Below, one piece after another: positions 18,957-64,000 of a stretch of DNA of 64,000 bases. Under the pieces are notes generated by a model. The model ran no database searches. It worked only from the letters and a program-made list of their open reading frames with translations, and was not told the DNA's origin. A program made the translations under genes and the position numbers. This DNA is from the human T2T-CHM13v2.0 reference genome, Homo sapiens. Each line of letters opens with the position of its first letter. Positions within the stretch are counted from its first letter, which is position 1. The stretch lies in the NCBI RefSeq assembly GCF_009914755.1, contig NC_060943.1; one strand, 5' to 3'.

Positions 18957-20074
18957 GTGAGGGGCAGGGTACCAACTCTCTTCCCTTGCTTCAGCTTTGC
19001 AATGCTGGCCCTGCCTTGGCTCTCTGGTTCTTACTTTCTGGAGATCTCCAGGGGCATCACGGTGACAAAGATAATGATCAGCACATCATCACTGCATAGA
19101 GACAGGACATGCAGCAAAGACTGCAGACCAACTGTGTGGCTTTGGGCGAGTCACTTAACCTCTCTGGACCTCAGCTATAAAATGAGGATAATGCATCTTC
19201 CTCAAAGAGATCCAATGAGTTAAGACAGCAGAATAAGCAGTGAGGGCTGGCACATGGCCAATGCCATAGAAGGGTTTATAATTATAAGTAATAGCAGCAG
19301 GCTGGGTGAGGTGGCTCATGCCTGTAATCCCAACACTTTGGGAGGCTGAGGCAGGAGGATCGCTTGAGCCAAGGAGTTCAAGACCAGTCTGGGCAACACA
19401 GAACATGGCAAGACTCCCATCTCTAAAAAAAATAATAATAATAACCAAATAAATAAACTAAAATAAAATTAGCCAGGCATGGTGGTGTGTACCTGAGGTC
19501 CCAGTTACTCTGAAGGATCGCTTAAGCCTGGCAGATTGAAGCTGCAGTTGAGTGAGCCACGATTGCACCACCGCATTCCAGGCTGGGTGACAGGGCTGAG
19601 ACCCCATCTCAAAAAGTAAAAAGTTAAAAAATATCAGCAGACCAGGCATGGTGATTTACACCTGTAATCCTTTGGGAAGCCAAGGCAGGAATATTGCTGG
19701 AGGCCAGGAGTTGAAGACCAGCCTGGGCAACATAGTAAGACCCCACCTCCACAACCATTTCCACAAAAAAGAAGAAAAATTAACTGGGTGTGGGGTGGCG
19801 CATACCAGAAGCTGAGACAAGAGGATAACACGAGCTCAGGATTTTGAGGCTATAGTGAGCTGTTATTGTGTCACTGCATTCCAGCCCGGGCAATGAAACA
19901 AGACCCTGTCTCAGAAAAATAAGTAAATAAATGCATAAATAAATAATAATAGCAGCAGCAGCTAACATATGAATGGGCCCCTTCCTGAAGCCCAGATGGA
20001 ACACCCCCTTTCACTTCCCCCAGCCTTTAACCCTCTCCTCTCCCTTTCCAGCGATCACTCACTCGCTGTACAGA

Positions 20075-38168
<18,094 letters not shown>

Positions 38169-38500
38169 AGGAGCTGGGGGCAGCCTGCGTGGCTGACCCC
38201 CCTCAGGACCCTCGCTGGCCCCCACTGGCTGTGGGCTCCCTTCCTCCCAAAAGTATCGGGGGCTGGGGCAGGAGGGGAGTGAGGCAGGTGACAGTGAGGT
38301 CCTGGGGGCCTGACCTCCCCCTCCTTCCCAGCTGCCCCTCCCTGCCAGCACCCCCACGCCCTCATTACGGCTCCTCTCTAACCTCCTTTACCCTCATCTG
38401 TCTGGAGGGGAGCTCTGTCTGTCCGTGTTATTTATTGCTACTTCCTGCCTGGTCTCCTGCCCCCACACCTGGCCCTGGGGCCTGTACAAAAGGGACATGA

Positions 38501-38506
38501 AATAAA
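38501..38506 (+). terminator. MAG: MAG polyadenylation signal
   Basis: AATAAA about 330 nt after the L-MAG stop. Confidence 0.85.
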
Positions 38507-39261
38507 TGCCCCAAAGCCAAATGCCAGTCTAGATCCTGATGCTTTCTGACCCGCCTTTGGGCAGCCTGCCATCCCACCGTCTACAGAACGATGACAGAAT
38601 TTCTCCTTGCCCTCGGCTGAGCCTGGTATGCAGGCAAGGGCCCAGGGATTTTAGCCTTGAACCCAGGGCCAGTGGCCACTAAGTTGCTCCCACTCTGAGC
38701 TGGTAGCTGCGAGCTGGGTCTGGTTTGACTTATGGATGATTTCACATAAAAATCCTCATGCTGGTTTTTGCCGCAGTCAGATCAGCTGACAGCACCAGGC
38801 TTGCACTTGTACGTGGACATGACTTGCTGAAAGGGAGGGTCCTGTGCACTGGCCGCAGTCCCCACCACTCCCTATTGTCCCACACCTGGCCGGCTTCCTG
38901 CACTGAGATTACCTCCTGGTCCCTGCAGCTTGGAGTGCGAGCCACAGATCTAGGTCTCACCAGCCCGTGTTGGTTTCACCACCATCTCTCACATTCATGC
39001 TGCAATTTGCAGCGTCAGCCTTTATACATCACTACATTCAGTTCCAGAAACATTAATTAAGCACCAGCTGTATACTGAGCCCTTTCTAGAGGCTCAGGCT
39101 GTCCTGAGAAGGGTCTCCTAGGACAGCTCTGTGACGATGAGAACACTGAGACTTAGAGAAGTTAGGTGATTTTCCCAGGGTCCCAGAGCTCGGAAACGGT
39201 GTGTCCAGGCCATGGGGTTGATGCTTCTGATTCAAATGCACTCTTTCTTTTCTTTTCCCTT

Positions 39262-39299
<38 letters not shown>

Positions 39300-39301
39300 G
39301 A

Positions 39302-39472
<171 letters not shown>

Positions 39473-39619
39473 TAATACCTGTCAGGAAGTTAAAAAGGGC
39501 CAGAGTGTCTGGTATAAATGGGATTGATAACTAACAGTTGTTGAACGCTTTCTATGATTCTACCCAGTTTGCATTAATTAATCTCCATTAACCTCATTTA
39601 CCTTCCCTAATAACTATGA

Positions 39620-39805
39620 CAATGGTTCTCAAAGTGTGGTCCCTAGGCAGCAGCATCAGCAGCACCCAGGAACTTGCTAAAAAGGCAAATTTTCAGCCCC
39701 CACCCTAGACTTCAGGAATCAAAAACCCTGAGGTGGGGCCCAGGAATCTGTGTTTTGAGAAGTCCTTGGTGGATTCTGATGCACGTGCACGTTTGAGAAC
39801 AAGCA
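39620..39805. mobile_element. MER5A-like DNA transposon
   Basis: CAATGGTTCTCAAAGTGTGGTCC...GGGGCCCAGGAATCTGTGTTTT...GTTTGAGAAC with inverted termini. Confidence 0.75.
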
Positions 39806-40021
39806 GCTGAAGCATGGAGAAGTTACATCAGTTCTGTGGTCCCCAATTGTTAGCAGTGGAGCCCAGATTTGAGCCCCGACCACTGGCTTCGGAGGCCACA
39901 CTCTGACGCTGTGCTACACGGCCATCTTGGTGAGAACCAACAGCTGCTCACAGAGCCCGGGTGCTGGAGGAGCAGTAAGGTTAAGCTGTGGGCTGCGGGC
40001 AGTGAGGGCAGGGTTTCCTAG

Positions 40022-40294
<273 letters not shown>

Positions 40295-40690
40295 TGATGC
40301 GCCCAACCCACCCTCCCAAAGTGCTGGGATTACAGGCATGAGCCCCTGTGCCTGGTCTCTCCCTGCATTTTGAAGAAGGCAGAGGACACAGCACAGAGAC
40401 CAAAATAAAGGCCTAGAGGCAGGAATAAACAAACCAGGTCGGGAGGGGAGGTGACATGGGGCTGCTTGGCTGGGATGGGAAGTCCACATGCAGGAGGAAA
40501 GGAGACGTGTGGGGGGCCGGGCTGTGGGAAGGGAAACCCTCTGTGGGGCCTGTCCAAGCTGGGAGGGTGCATGCCCTTTCTTCACGGAGCTCACAGTCTT
40601 GCAGGGACAAGGACATGAAAGAATCTCATGCACAATATCAAACTGCAACTGTGACACCGGCTTCCAAGGAGAAGCTCAGAGTTTTTACAG

Positions 40691-41172
40691 CAGGGGTCCC
40701 CAGTGCTATACTGCACACCCAGATACTGGTCTGTGGCCTGTTAGGGACTGGGCTGCACAGCAGGAGGCGAGCAGCCAGCGAGCAAGCATGACCACCTGAG
40801 TCCTGCCTCCTGTCAGATCAGCAGCGGCTTTAGATTCTCATAGCAGCACGATTCTTATCGTGAACTGTGCACGCAAAGGATCTAGGTTGCACACTCACAG
40901 ATGGTGCCTGATGAACTGTCACTGTCTCCCATCACCCCCGGATGGGAACGTCTAGTTGCAGGGAAACAAGCTCAGGGCTCCCACTGATTCTACATGATGG
41001 TGAGTTGTATACTTACTTCATTATATATCACAATGTAATAATAATAGAAATAAAGTGCACAATAAATGTAATGTGCTTGAATCATCCCCAGCTCCCTCCC
41101 CACTCTCAGGCCCATGGAAAAATTGTCTTCCATGAAACCAATCCCTGGTGCCAAAAAGGTTGGGGACCGCTG
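40691..41172. mobile_element. MER1A-like hAT-Charlie DNA transposon
   Basis: Termini CAGGGGTCCCC / GGTTGGGGACCGCTG; internal AATAGAAATAAAGTGCACAATAAATGTAATG typical of MER1A. Confidence 0.8.
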
Positions 41173-42592
41173 TGTGACTTAAGGTCACAGGGGGCAGGGG
41201 AGGCTTCCCTATGGAAGGAAACTCACACATGTGTGAAGGCCCCAAGTGGGAACATGTTTAGCAAAATTCCAGGAGCTGAAGCAAGGCCAGAGAGGCATCG
41301 GATGGGGCTGGGGATACACAGGGGCCTCTCAGCAGCCGGGAGGGAAGCCTCTTCCAGATCCCCTGCATACATGCTCACCAGCCCTGCCCTGACACACCTG
41401 TCCCCTGACGACAGACTCTGGCTCCAGCAGGTCTGGCCTGGGAGGACTTCACCCAGAGGAGCAAAACATTGTCAATAACCAGGGATCGGGGAGTAACTCA
41501 CGCTGCCCAAAGTGCAGCTTGAGGGCCCTGGGAGCCACTGTGACGCTACTGTGTATGCTTCATTTAGTATGCACCGGAACAACAGGAAACCAGAATGCCG
41601 CACCAGCTTCGGATGAGGCTAAGTCAAAATAAATAAATAAGAAAGAAATCAATCAACTGAACTGATTTTAAAAATGTATTAAATAAACATGTTGCAGGTG
41701 GCTCCTGAAGGTTGTAGGCAAACCTCTAAAGTTTGGGAAACAATGAGGGAATTTGACACAAAGACCATCCTTAGGAGGGACCGGCACTCAGCCATGGCGA
41801 ACGTGTAGGACCGAGCCAGGTGCGGTGGCTCATGCCTGTAATCCCAGCACTTTGGGAGGCTGAGGCTGGTGGATGGCTTCAGCCCAGGAGTTTGAGACCA
41901 GCCTCAGCAACATAGCGAGACCCTGTCTCTACAAAAAATACAAAAATTAGGCAGGTATGGTGGCATGCGCCTGTAGTCCTACCTACTCGGGAGGCTGAGG
42001 TGGGAGGGATAGTTTGAGCCCAGGAAATGGAGTTTGCAGTGAGCCGAGATTGAACCATTGCACTCCAGCCTCAGCAACAGAGTGAGACCCTGTCTCAAAA
42101 AACGAACAAACAAACCAGTAGGACCTGAACTCAAGTTCACTCTCTCAGACTTTCCCCACCCAGCTCCTGGACCCCACCAGAATTCAACACATGCTCACTG
42201 AGCACCTCTGTGTGCCAGGCCTATGCTGGGCCCCAGGGTCACAGCAGTGCCCAAAAAGAATCACTCTGTGACCTCCCAGAGCTGACATTCTGCAGAAGAG
42301 ACAGACAACGATCAGAAAGACAAGCAAACACATGACCGCACATCTGACAGTGAAGGAACTGCAGAGGGGTGCAAGGTCAGGCTGTGCTGGGTCAGGCTGC
42401 CATTTCAGAAAGAGAAGTCATTTGACTTGAGACCAGAAGGAAGTAAGGGAGGGAGCTCTGTGGGTTCCTGGGGAATGTGGGTCCAGGGAAGGCCAAAATC
42501 GAGTGCAAAGGCCCCTGGCGAGAATGTACTTGTTACCTTCATGGAACAAGAAGGAAAGAAGCATGCTTGAGTGGAGTGATGGAGCCAGAGTG

Positions 42593-43426
<834 letters not shown>

Positions 43427-44289
43427 TGAGTTCGGAGGGGTGTGATGGCAGGCTTGAGGCTTCAGAGGCCCACTGGCAGCTGCGTGGACAGTGAGCACAG
43501 GCTATCAGTGGAGGCAGGGACAGGGCTTGGGAGGCCCTGGCCATTGTCCAAGAGAGAGGAAGTGGAGATGGGGAGAGGGGTGGGGTCAGGACCCATTTTG
43601 GAGGAGGAAGTGGTGGGACTCACTTGAAGAGTCAAAGGTGACTCCAGCAGCTTCCTTAAGAGGTTGAAGAAAGCAGGAGGGGCAGGTTCAGTGGAGAACG
43701 CAAGAGTGATCTACTCCGGCCGAGTTCAGGCCCAGGGAGGCCCTCAGGGACAGGGAAGGCAGATGGCACCCCCTCCCTGGGAAATGCCAAGCCGAGGAAG
43801 AGTCAGAACACATGACACAGTGACTCAGAGAGATGGGGGCAGACGCTGAGATGAGGGTTGGCCAGGCAGGAAGGAAGGTGAGAAGGTCTCATGGCCTCAC
43901 GTGCCAGTAGGGCTGGGCCACCACGTGTGGGAGGGAGGACACCCAGGCACCAGGCCATGGTCATGACACGGGTCTCTTTGTCCCTCCCGGTCTGCCAACC
44001 TCCTGAGTCACTCCTGACGGAGATGACTGATCCATCCCTGGCCCGCCTCCCACCCTGTCCCTGGGACAGTGCCTGGGGCAGGCAGCTCCATTATCCTCCT
44101 TGATGAAAGAGCTCCCAGCCAGCACTGGCCACTCCAGAGCCTCCTCCCCAGGTGGGTGATCATGCAGGGCTGGGCTCTTGCGACTGGCCGGGGGTAGAGA
44201 TGCACCGCACTGCTGAGAAGTGCTTTCTAGGAGTTCAAGACCAGCCTGGGCAACACAGCAGACATTGTATGTAGAAAAAAAAATGTTTA

Positions 44290-44520
<231 letters not shown>

Positions 44521-44541
44521 TCATCTAAGGTCAGGAGTTTA

Positions 44542-44877
<336 letters not shown>

Positions 44878-46184
44878 TCAACCTCGCAAATTAAAAAAAA
44901 AAATCTTTTAATTTTGAAATAATTATCACAGGAAGTTGCAAAGATAGAACAGAGAAGTCTGGCAGCAGCTGAGCCAAAGGCCCCTTCCCACCCTAGAGCT
45001 CGATCTGCCTGGGGAGCGGGAAGGAAATGACAGTTTAGTCCCAAAGGGCCTCTCTGTGAAGCTCAGGCTAGGGCTGAGTAGCCAGAGGTGGGTGAATTAA
45101 TGTCTGCAGGGAGTGCTGGGTCAGCAGCGTAAGTGACAATGTCTGGAATAATGACAGCTCACTTTTACAGAGAGCCCGTTCCATAGCAGCCACCATGCAA
45201 AGTGCTGTAGGGGCTGGGGACCTGTCACAGCATAGCCCTGAAGTCATAACAGCAATCTTATTATCACCCTGGGAGGGAAACTGAGGTGATGTCACAACAA
45301 ACACGTGGCAGACCTGGGACTGGAACCCGGGTCTTTTTACCACATGCTTGTCATGGGATGTGCGAGTTGCTGAGTGTGTCCTGTGTGTGCTGTCACCAGC
45401 CCGGTGAGGAAGGCACTATCATTGTTCCCGTCTTACCATCCTGGGCAGAGGTTGGGGGGTGAGGGGGACATAGCCAGGCAGGGAGTAGCCACCCAGGGCT
45501 CACAGGGACTCTGTTAGTTGCCTGCTTTCACTGCTTCCCTGGTAAAGGGGTGACAGTCAAGTCACCAAAAAAGGAGACCAACGACCTGTTTGAAGGAACA
45601 GGGAGGAAGAGTGAAAGCGCCGAGGCTGCGTTCTCAGGAGTCCTGCTCCTCCTCCCTTGCCTTCTCCACGCAGCCCTTGGCCTCCAGAAATCAAGACACG
45701 TCCACAAGCCCAATCTCCTCCTGTTAGAAGACTATGAGCCACACCTGGTGCTGTGGCCTGCAGAAACCTCAGCTACTCCTTCTAGGTGAGGAGCAGGAAT
45801 TCAAGCCCCAAAGGGTACCCTCCCTGAGACCTTTGGGACCTGGCCACCTGGCTTGGAGTCCCCCATTGAGATTCCTGGGATTAAAAAAATAAAAATATAC
45901 GGCCAGGTGCGGTGACTGGCTCCTGTAATCCCAGCATCTTGGAAGGCTGAGGAAGTGGATTGCTTGAGGACAGGAGTTGGAGACCAGAATGGGAAATGTG
46001 AGACCCCGACTCAATAAAAAATAAAAAATAAATTAACGGGGTATGGTGGCTGGTACCTGTAGTTCTAGTTACTCAGGTGGCTGAGGATTACTTGAGCCCA
46101 CCTCAAGTTCAAGGCTGCAGTGAGCTATGATCACACCACTTCACTCCTTCCTGGGTGACAGAGCGAGACTGTCTTAAATTTTTT

Positions 46185-52190
<6,006 letters not shown>

Positions 52191-52873
52191 CATCACTGCT
52201 TTTTGTTCATTTTATTTATTTATTATTTACTGAGACAAGGTCTTACTTTGTTGCCTGGGCTGGAGTGCAGTGGTGCTATCATGGCTGACTGAAGCCTTGA
52301 ACTCCCAGGCTCAAGCGATCCTCCTGCCTCAGCCTCCCAAGTAGTTTGGACCACAGGCATGGGCCACCATGCCCAGCTACTTTTCATTTTTTGCTTTTGT
52401 TGACTAGCCCCACAGAGTTTTGCTATGTTGTTCAGGTTGGTCTCAAACTTCTGGCCTTAAGCAATCCTCTTGCCTTGCTCTCCCAAAGCGTATTACAGGC
52501 GTAAGTCACCACACCCAGCCCTATCGGTGCTTTTGGAAGAAGGTGTTCTTCCCTCTCTCTGTTTCCCTCCCTATGGCCAGCTGCCCATAGAGGGCAGTGG
52601 TGCTGGAGTGAAGACCTCTCAGCGCATCCCTCTTCATCTGTAGGATGTGCATGGCTTCCAATGCTGTCTGTTCTGCTCCTGAGACACTCGCTGGCTACAG
52701 GATTATAAAGGTGATGAGGTTTCAGCCTAAAGACTCTCCATTCAATAACACTTCCTACAAGATATCTTTTTTGTTTTTTTGTTTTTTTGAGACAGGATCT
52801 GGCTCTGTCACCCAGGCTGGAGTGCCACAGCGCGATCTGCTCACTGCAACCTCAGCCTCTCGGGCTTAAGTGA

Positions 52874-53137
<264 letters not shown>

Positions 53138-53619
53138 TGAGACAGAGTCTCACTCTGTCACCCAGGCTGGACTGCAGTGGTGTGATCTCTTCTCACTGCA
53201 GCCTCCGCCTCCTGGGCTCAAGTGATTCTCCTGCCTCAGCCCCCTGAGTAGCTGGGACTACAGGCGCCTGCCAAAACACTTAGCTAATTTTTTGTATTTT
53301 TAGTAGAGACGGAATTTCACCATGTTCGCCAGGCTGGTCTCGAATTCCTGACCTCAAGTGATCCACCCGCCTCAGCCTCCCAAAGTGTTGGGATTCCAGG
53401 CATGAGCCACCGCACCCGGCCGAGATATCTTTTTCCTCCTCAATATCTATGTGCTCCTCCCTCAACCCTTGGGGGGCTTCAGTGTAGGTGGTCAGATTCC
53501 CCACCATTTATGCCTATGATGAAAAGAGTGGAAATGGTAATAACTGGATGGTGTCACTAAACTACAAATACTTTCAGGTAGGCCTGTGCCTTTTTCAGCG
53601 GGCTGCAGTTCTCCTGCTT

Positions 53620-53957
53620 GGCTTGAGTCATTCGCATTTCCTGAGAGCTGGGTAGAGGGGGAGTTGTGGAGGAGCCCATTCTGAAACTGATCTGATATTG
53701 CAAACCCATACACGGAAAGGAAGAACTGCCCATACGTATTCGAGTCTTCCAATCTGACTCCGAGCCCGCATCCCCCTCAATCGTCTCTTTTCCCCACTCC
53801 CCAGATCACGGTGCTGCTTGGTCCCCCTCAGAGCCATAGAGAAGCAGGGGGTGTGGCCATGGAGGGGAAACCTCTGTCACCAGAGACTTTACTGTACTTC
53901 TCCTTTTGCTCTCAGATGCTGCCAGGGTCCCTGAAGAGGGAAGACACGCGGAAACAG
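53620..53957 (+). promoter_or_regulatory. CD22: CD22 promoter and non-coding exon 1 (exon ~53900-53957)
   Basis: ...GACACGCGGAAACAG|GTAAAA donor; AP-1 motif TGAGTCA at 53624-53630; no obvious TATA box. Confidence 0.7.
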
Positions 53958-56455
53958 GTAAAAATCATTTTGCTTTTATTTTGCATTCAACAAGCAAGTT
54001 ATTACGGAACAGCAGTTATGGGCCAGGCATACCTCCCAGAGCTGGGAACACAGTGGGGACCTCCCTGGCTCTCTCTTACCGGTGTTACAACAGGTTGTAG
54101 ACAGACCCCTGTCTTGAGCATCCTCCTTGCCAGGCCTGCTGAGTCTTCTGAGAGTAGGGTAGGTTATTGGATGCCCAGGAGGGAAGAAGGAGCCAGGGAG
54201 GTCAGCCCCAAGGTTCTGCAAGGCCCTCAACAGGCCTGGACTGAGGAGGTCTGGACAGCATGGCCCTGTCCTGAGCCTCTGTGCATAATAACTGCTGTCC
54301 CTAACCTCCACCCCACCCTCAGCCTTCCAATTCCCGGGCCTGGGGCCCTACTCCTGTGCTCCAGAGACTCCTGGAGCTCCTTGAGGCAGCACACAGTCCT
54401 GCTCTGGAGGCGCCCATCTCCCACTCATGCTGGGATGCTCCAGCCCGTCCCAGAGCAGGTTGTGGCTGGAGGGTGCTGGCAGAGGAGGGACAATGGCCCG
54501 GCTCCTGGAGGCAAGTGTTGGCTGCAGGGAACGGAGTCTAGTCCTTGCCACAGCCCTTGTTACCCCTTAGGTAACCTTAAGGGGATTTCAAAGAACTCTG
54601 GCTCTGCAACCCTGCTAAGTTTTTTATGGAACATGTAAAATAGATCCCATGGCCAAAGAAGTATGGACAATGTATTATACTATACTCTAATCCCCATGTC
54701 TAGAGATTAATGGTGTAGATAGAGTTTACTGAAAGGTTTTTAAAGTCCTGCAGTAAAGAATCTTACTTAAGCCAGGTGCGGTGGCTCACGCCTGTCATCT
54801 CAGCACTTTGGGAGGCCAAGTTGGGGGGATCACCTGAGGTCAGGAGTTTGAAACCAGCCTGGCCAACATGGTGAAACCCCATCTCTACTAAAACAAACAA
54901 ACAAACAAACAAATCAGACGGGTGTGGTGGCACATGCCTATAGTCCCAGCTACTCAGGAGGCTGAGGCAGGAGAATCACTTGAACCCTGGAGGCAGAGGA
55001 TGCAGTGAACTGAGATCACACCACTGCACTTCAGCCTGGGCGACAGAAGAATGAGACTCTGTCTCAAAAGAAAAAAAAAGAATCTTACTTAACTCTTTTA
55101 CCCTGCCTTTCTCAAGTGTATGTGACCTTGAAGATGTTTTTTGCATGTGACATGATGAGTACCTGCGGGGCTGATGTCAGCTCTGCCTGGGGAATCTGCC
55201 TCAGCTTCAGACCCTGCACCCCAAATTCATGCTTAGCCCAGGCCAGACCCCCTTCCTGCTGTCGGCAAGCAGCTTAGCTTTCCGCACACCCATGAACAGA
55301 TACCCAGCAGCCTTTGGCATGAGCCATGTGGCCCGAGGAGATAAACAGACAGAGAGAGGAACATTGATGCGTGTGAAATGTTGGCAGGTGAGTGGGAGGG
55401 GCTTGGGTTGGTGCTGAGACCGGAGACACACTCTGCTGTCACATCCTTCAGGGTCCCCGGGGGCCAGCACGGAGGGCCATGATCATGTAAATTGGGACTT
55501 AAATTTAACTCTATGTAAATATAACTCTATGCAGAGGTCAGGGATGGTAGAGGACAAGCTCACTGCAGAGAAAGAAAGAAAGATGGGCAACAGTTGCAGA
55601 ACCTAACCCACAGATAGGTTTTGTTTGACCAGCTCTGTACATTTTTAGTTTATTTTTTATCTTTTTGAGACAGGGTCTTGCCCTGTCGCCCAGGCTGGAG
55701 TGCAGTTGCATGATCTCGGCTCATTCCAACTTCTACTTCCCGGGTTCAAGCAATTCTCCTGCCTCAGCCTCATGAGTATCTGGGATTACAGGTGTACGCC
55801 ACCACGCCTGGCTAATTTTTTGCATTTTGAGTAAAGATGGGGTTTTGCCATGTTGGCCAGGCTGGTCTTGAACTCCTGACCTCAAGTGATCTGCCTGCCT
55901 TGGCATCCCAAAGTATTGGGATTACAGGTGTGAGCCACTGCGCCTGGCTCACCCATACTTTGTTACTGGTTTTAGAATTCCTTTTTACCTGGTCTTTCAA
56001 ACCAAGTTTTGACCATGTCTGTCCCTGAGTATAATCCTTGATGAGTAGCACCAGAGAGAGCTCCACGTTACCCGGGGCCTGGCATTCAAAGCACTCAGTG
56101 GTCTGGTGCCACTCAAAGCCTGTGAGCCAGGCAGGAAGTTTATAAAATTAGAGATGGATGAATGGATGGATGGGAAAAAGCAAGCAAGGGAGGAAGGAAG
56201 GAAGAAAGGAAGGAGTTCTGGGAAGAGAGAGAGGCTGCCCCCGCAGGGCTCTCAGTTTGAAGGAGAGGTGCAGCACACTCAGAAAAAACTCCCGGCCAGG
56301 AGTGGTGGCTCACACCTGTAGTGCCAGCACTTTGGGAGGCCAAGGCTGGCAGATCACCTGAGATCAGGAGTTCAAGACCAGCCAGGCCAACATGGTGAAA
56401 CCCCATCTCTACTGAAAATACAAAAATCAGCCAGGCGTGGTGGCACCTGCCTTTA

Positions 56456-56668
<213 letters not shown>

Positions 56669-56767
56669 TCAGTGGGTGAGCAAGAAAAGCCACGTGGAAG
56701 AAGTAAGCGGCCAGATGGCTCAAAGACAAACTCTCCCCTGCTCAGGCTTGCACCCAGACACGACACC

Positions 56768-63311
<6,544 letters not shown>

Positions 63312-63351
63312 TAGGGCCTGGCTCATGGAGGGTGCTCGGTAGATGCTTGTT

Positions 63352-63655
63352 TTTTTGTGTTTTAGTTTTTTTTGAGATGGAGTCTCCCTCTGTCTCCCAG
63401 GCTGGAGTGCAGTGGCACAATCTCGGCTCACTGCAAGCTCCATCTTCCCGGGTTCATGCCATTCTCCTGTCTCAGCCTCCTGAGTAGCTGGGATGACAGG
63501 CGCCCGCCACCACGCCCGGCTAATTATTTGTACTTTTAGTAGAGACGGGGTTTCACCGTGTTAGCCAGGATGGTCTCGATCTCCTGACCTCGTGATCCAC
63601 CCGCCTCGGCCTCCCAAAGTGCTGGGATTAGAGGCGTGAGCCACCGCACCCGGCC
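63352..63655 (-). mobile_element. AluY-like element with TSD GTAGATGCTTGTT
   Basis: Y-diagnostic GTTAGCCAGGATGGTCTCGATCTC and CTGCAAGCTCC; TSD on both sides. Confidence 0.9.
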
Positions 63656-64000
63656 TGTAGATGCTTGTTGAATGAATGAGGCCAGGTGCGGTGGCTCCCG
63701 CCTGCAATCCCAGCTCTTTAGGAGGCTGAGGCAGGAGGGTCTCTTGAACCCAGGAGTTTGAAACCAGCCTGGGCCACACAGCGAGATACCATCTCTACAA
63801 AAAAATACAAAAATTAGCTGAGCATGGTGGTGCGTGCCTGTGGTCCCAGCTACTGGGGAGGCTGAGGAGGGAGAATCACTTGAGCCCAGGAAGTGAAGGC
63901 TGCAGACTGAACTATGTTCCTGCTACTGCACTCCAGCCTGGGTGACAGAGCAAGACCTGGGTCTCAAAAAGAAAAAGAAAATGCTGGGACTGGGATTATA

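Noticed and set aside
53811-54638. 275-aa ORF over CD22 exon 1/intron 1
   Set aside because: GTG start, crosses a strong splice donor, no recognisable domain; consistent with chance in GC-rich DNA.

Overview
Human (primate) genomic DNA, Alu-rich and GC-rich, recognisable as the chr19q13.1 USF2-HAMP-MAG-CD22 cluster, with all four genes on the + strand. It holds the last three coding exons and 3' UTR of USF2, the complete hepcidin gene HAMP with proximal and distal BMP/STAT3/E-box elements, the complete MAG gene (Siglec-4; 626-aa L-MAG plus the 45-nt cassette exon that gives S-MAG), and exons 1-6 of CD22 (Siglec-2). Introns and intergenic DNA carry roughly 50 Alus, old L1M fragments, several solo LTRs and MER DNA transposons. 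The most interesting non-gene signals are: (1) an LTR10-like solo LTR nested in an Alu with 1 CC against about 34 GG dinucleotides on the + strand, which looks like APOBEC3G-type hypermutation, and which carries a p53-like element; (2) a perfect 132-bp non-Alu inverted duplication with palindromic breakpoints in MAG intron 4; (3) an older ~350-bp non-Alu inverted repeat in CD22 intron 3; (4) inverted AluY-like elements bracketing exactly the CD22 exons 5-6 skipped in CD22-alpha; (5) an Alu-born 41-bp minisatellite; (6) a near-cognate GUG overlapping frame that stays open across the whole HAMP mRNA. No convincing novel protein-coding gene was found. Repeat-family names come from remembered consensus sequences, not a database search, and repeat boundaries are approximate.
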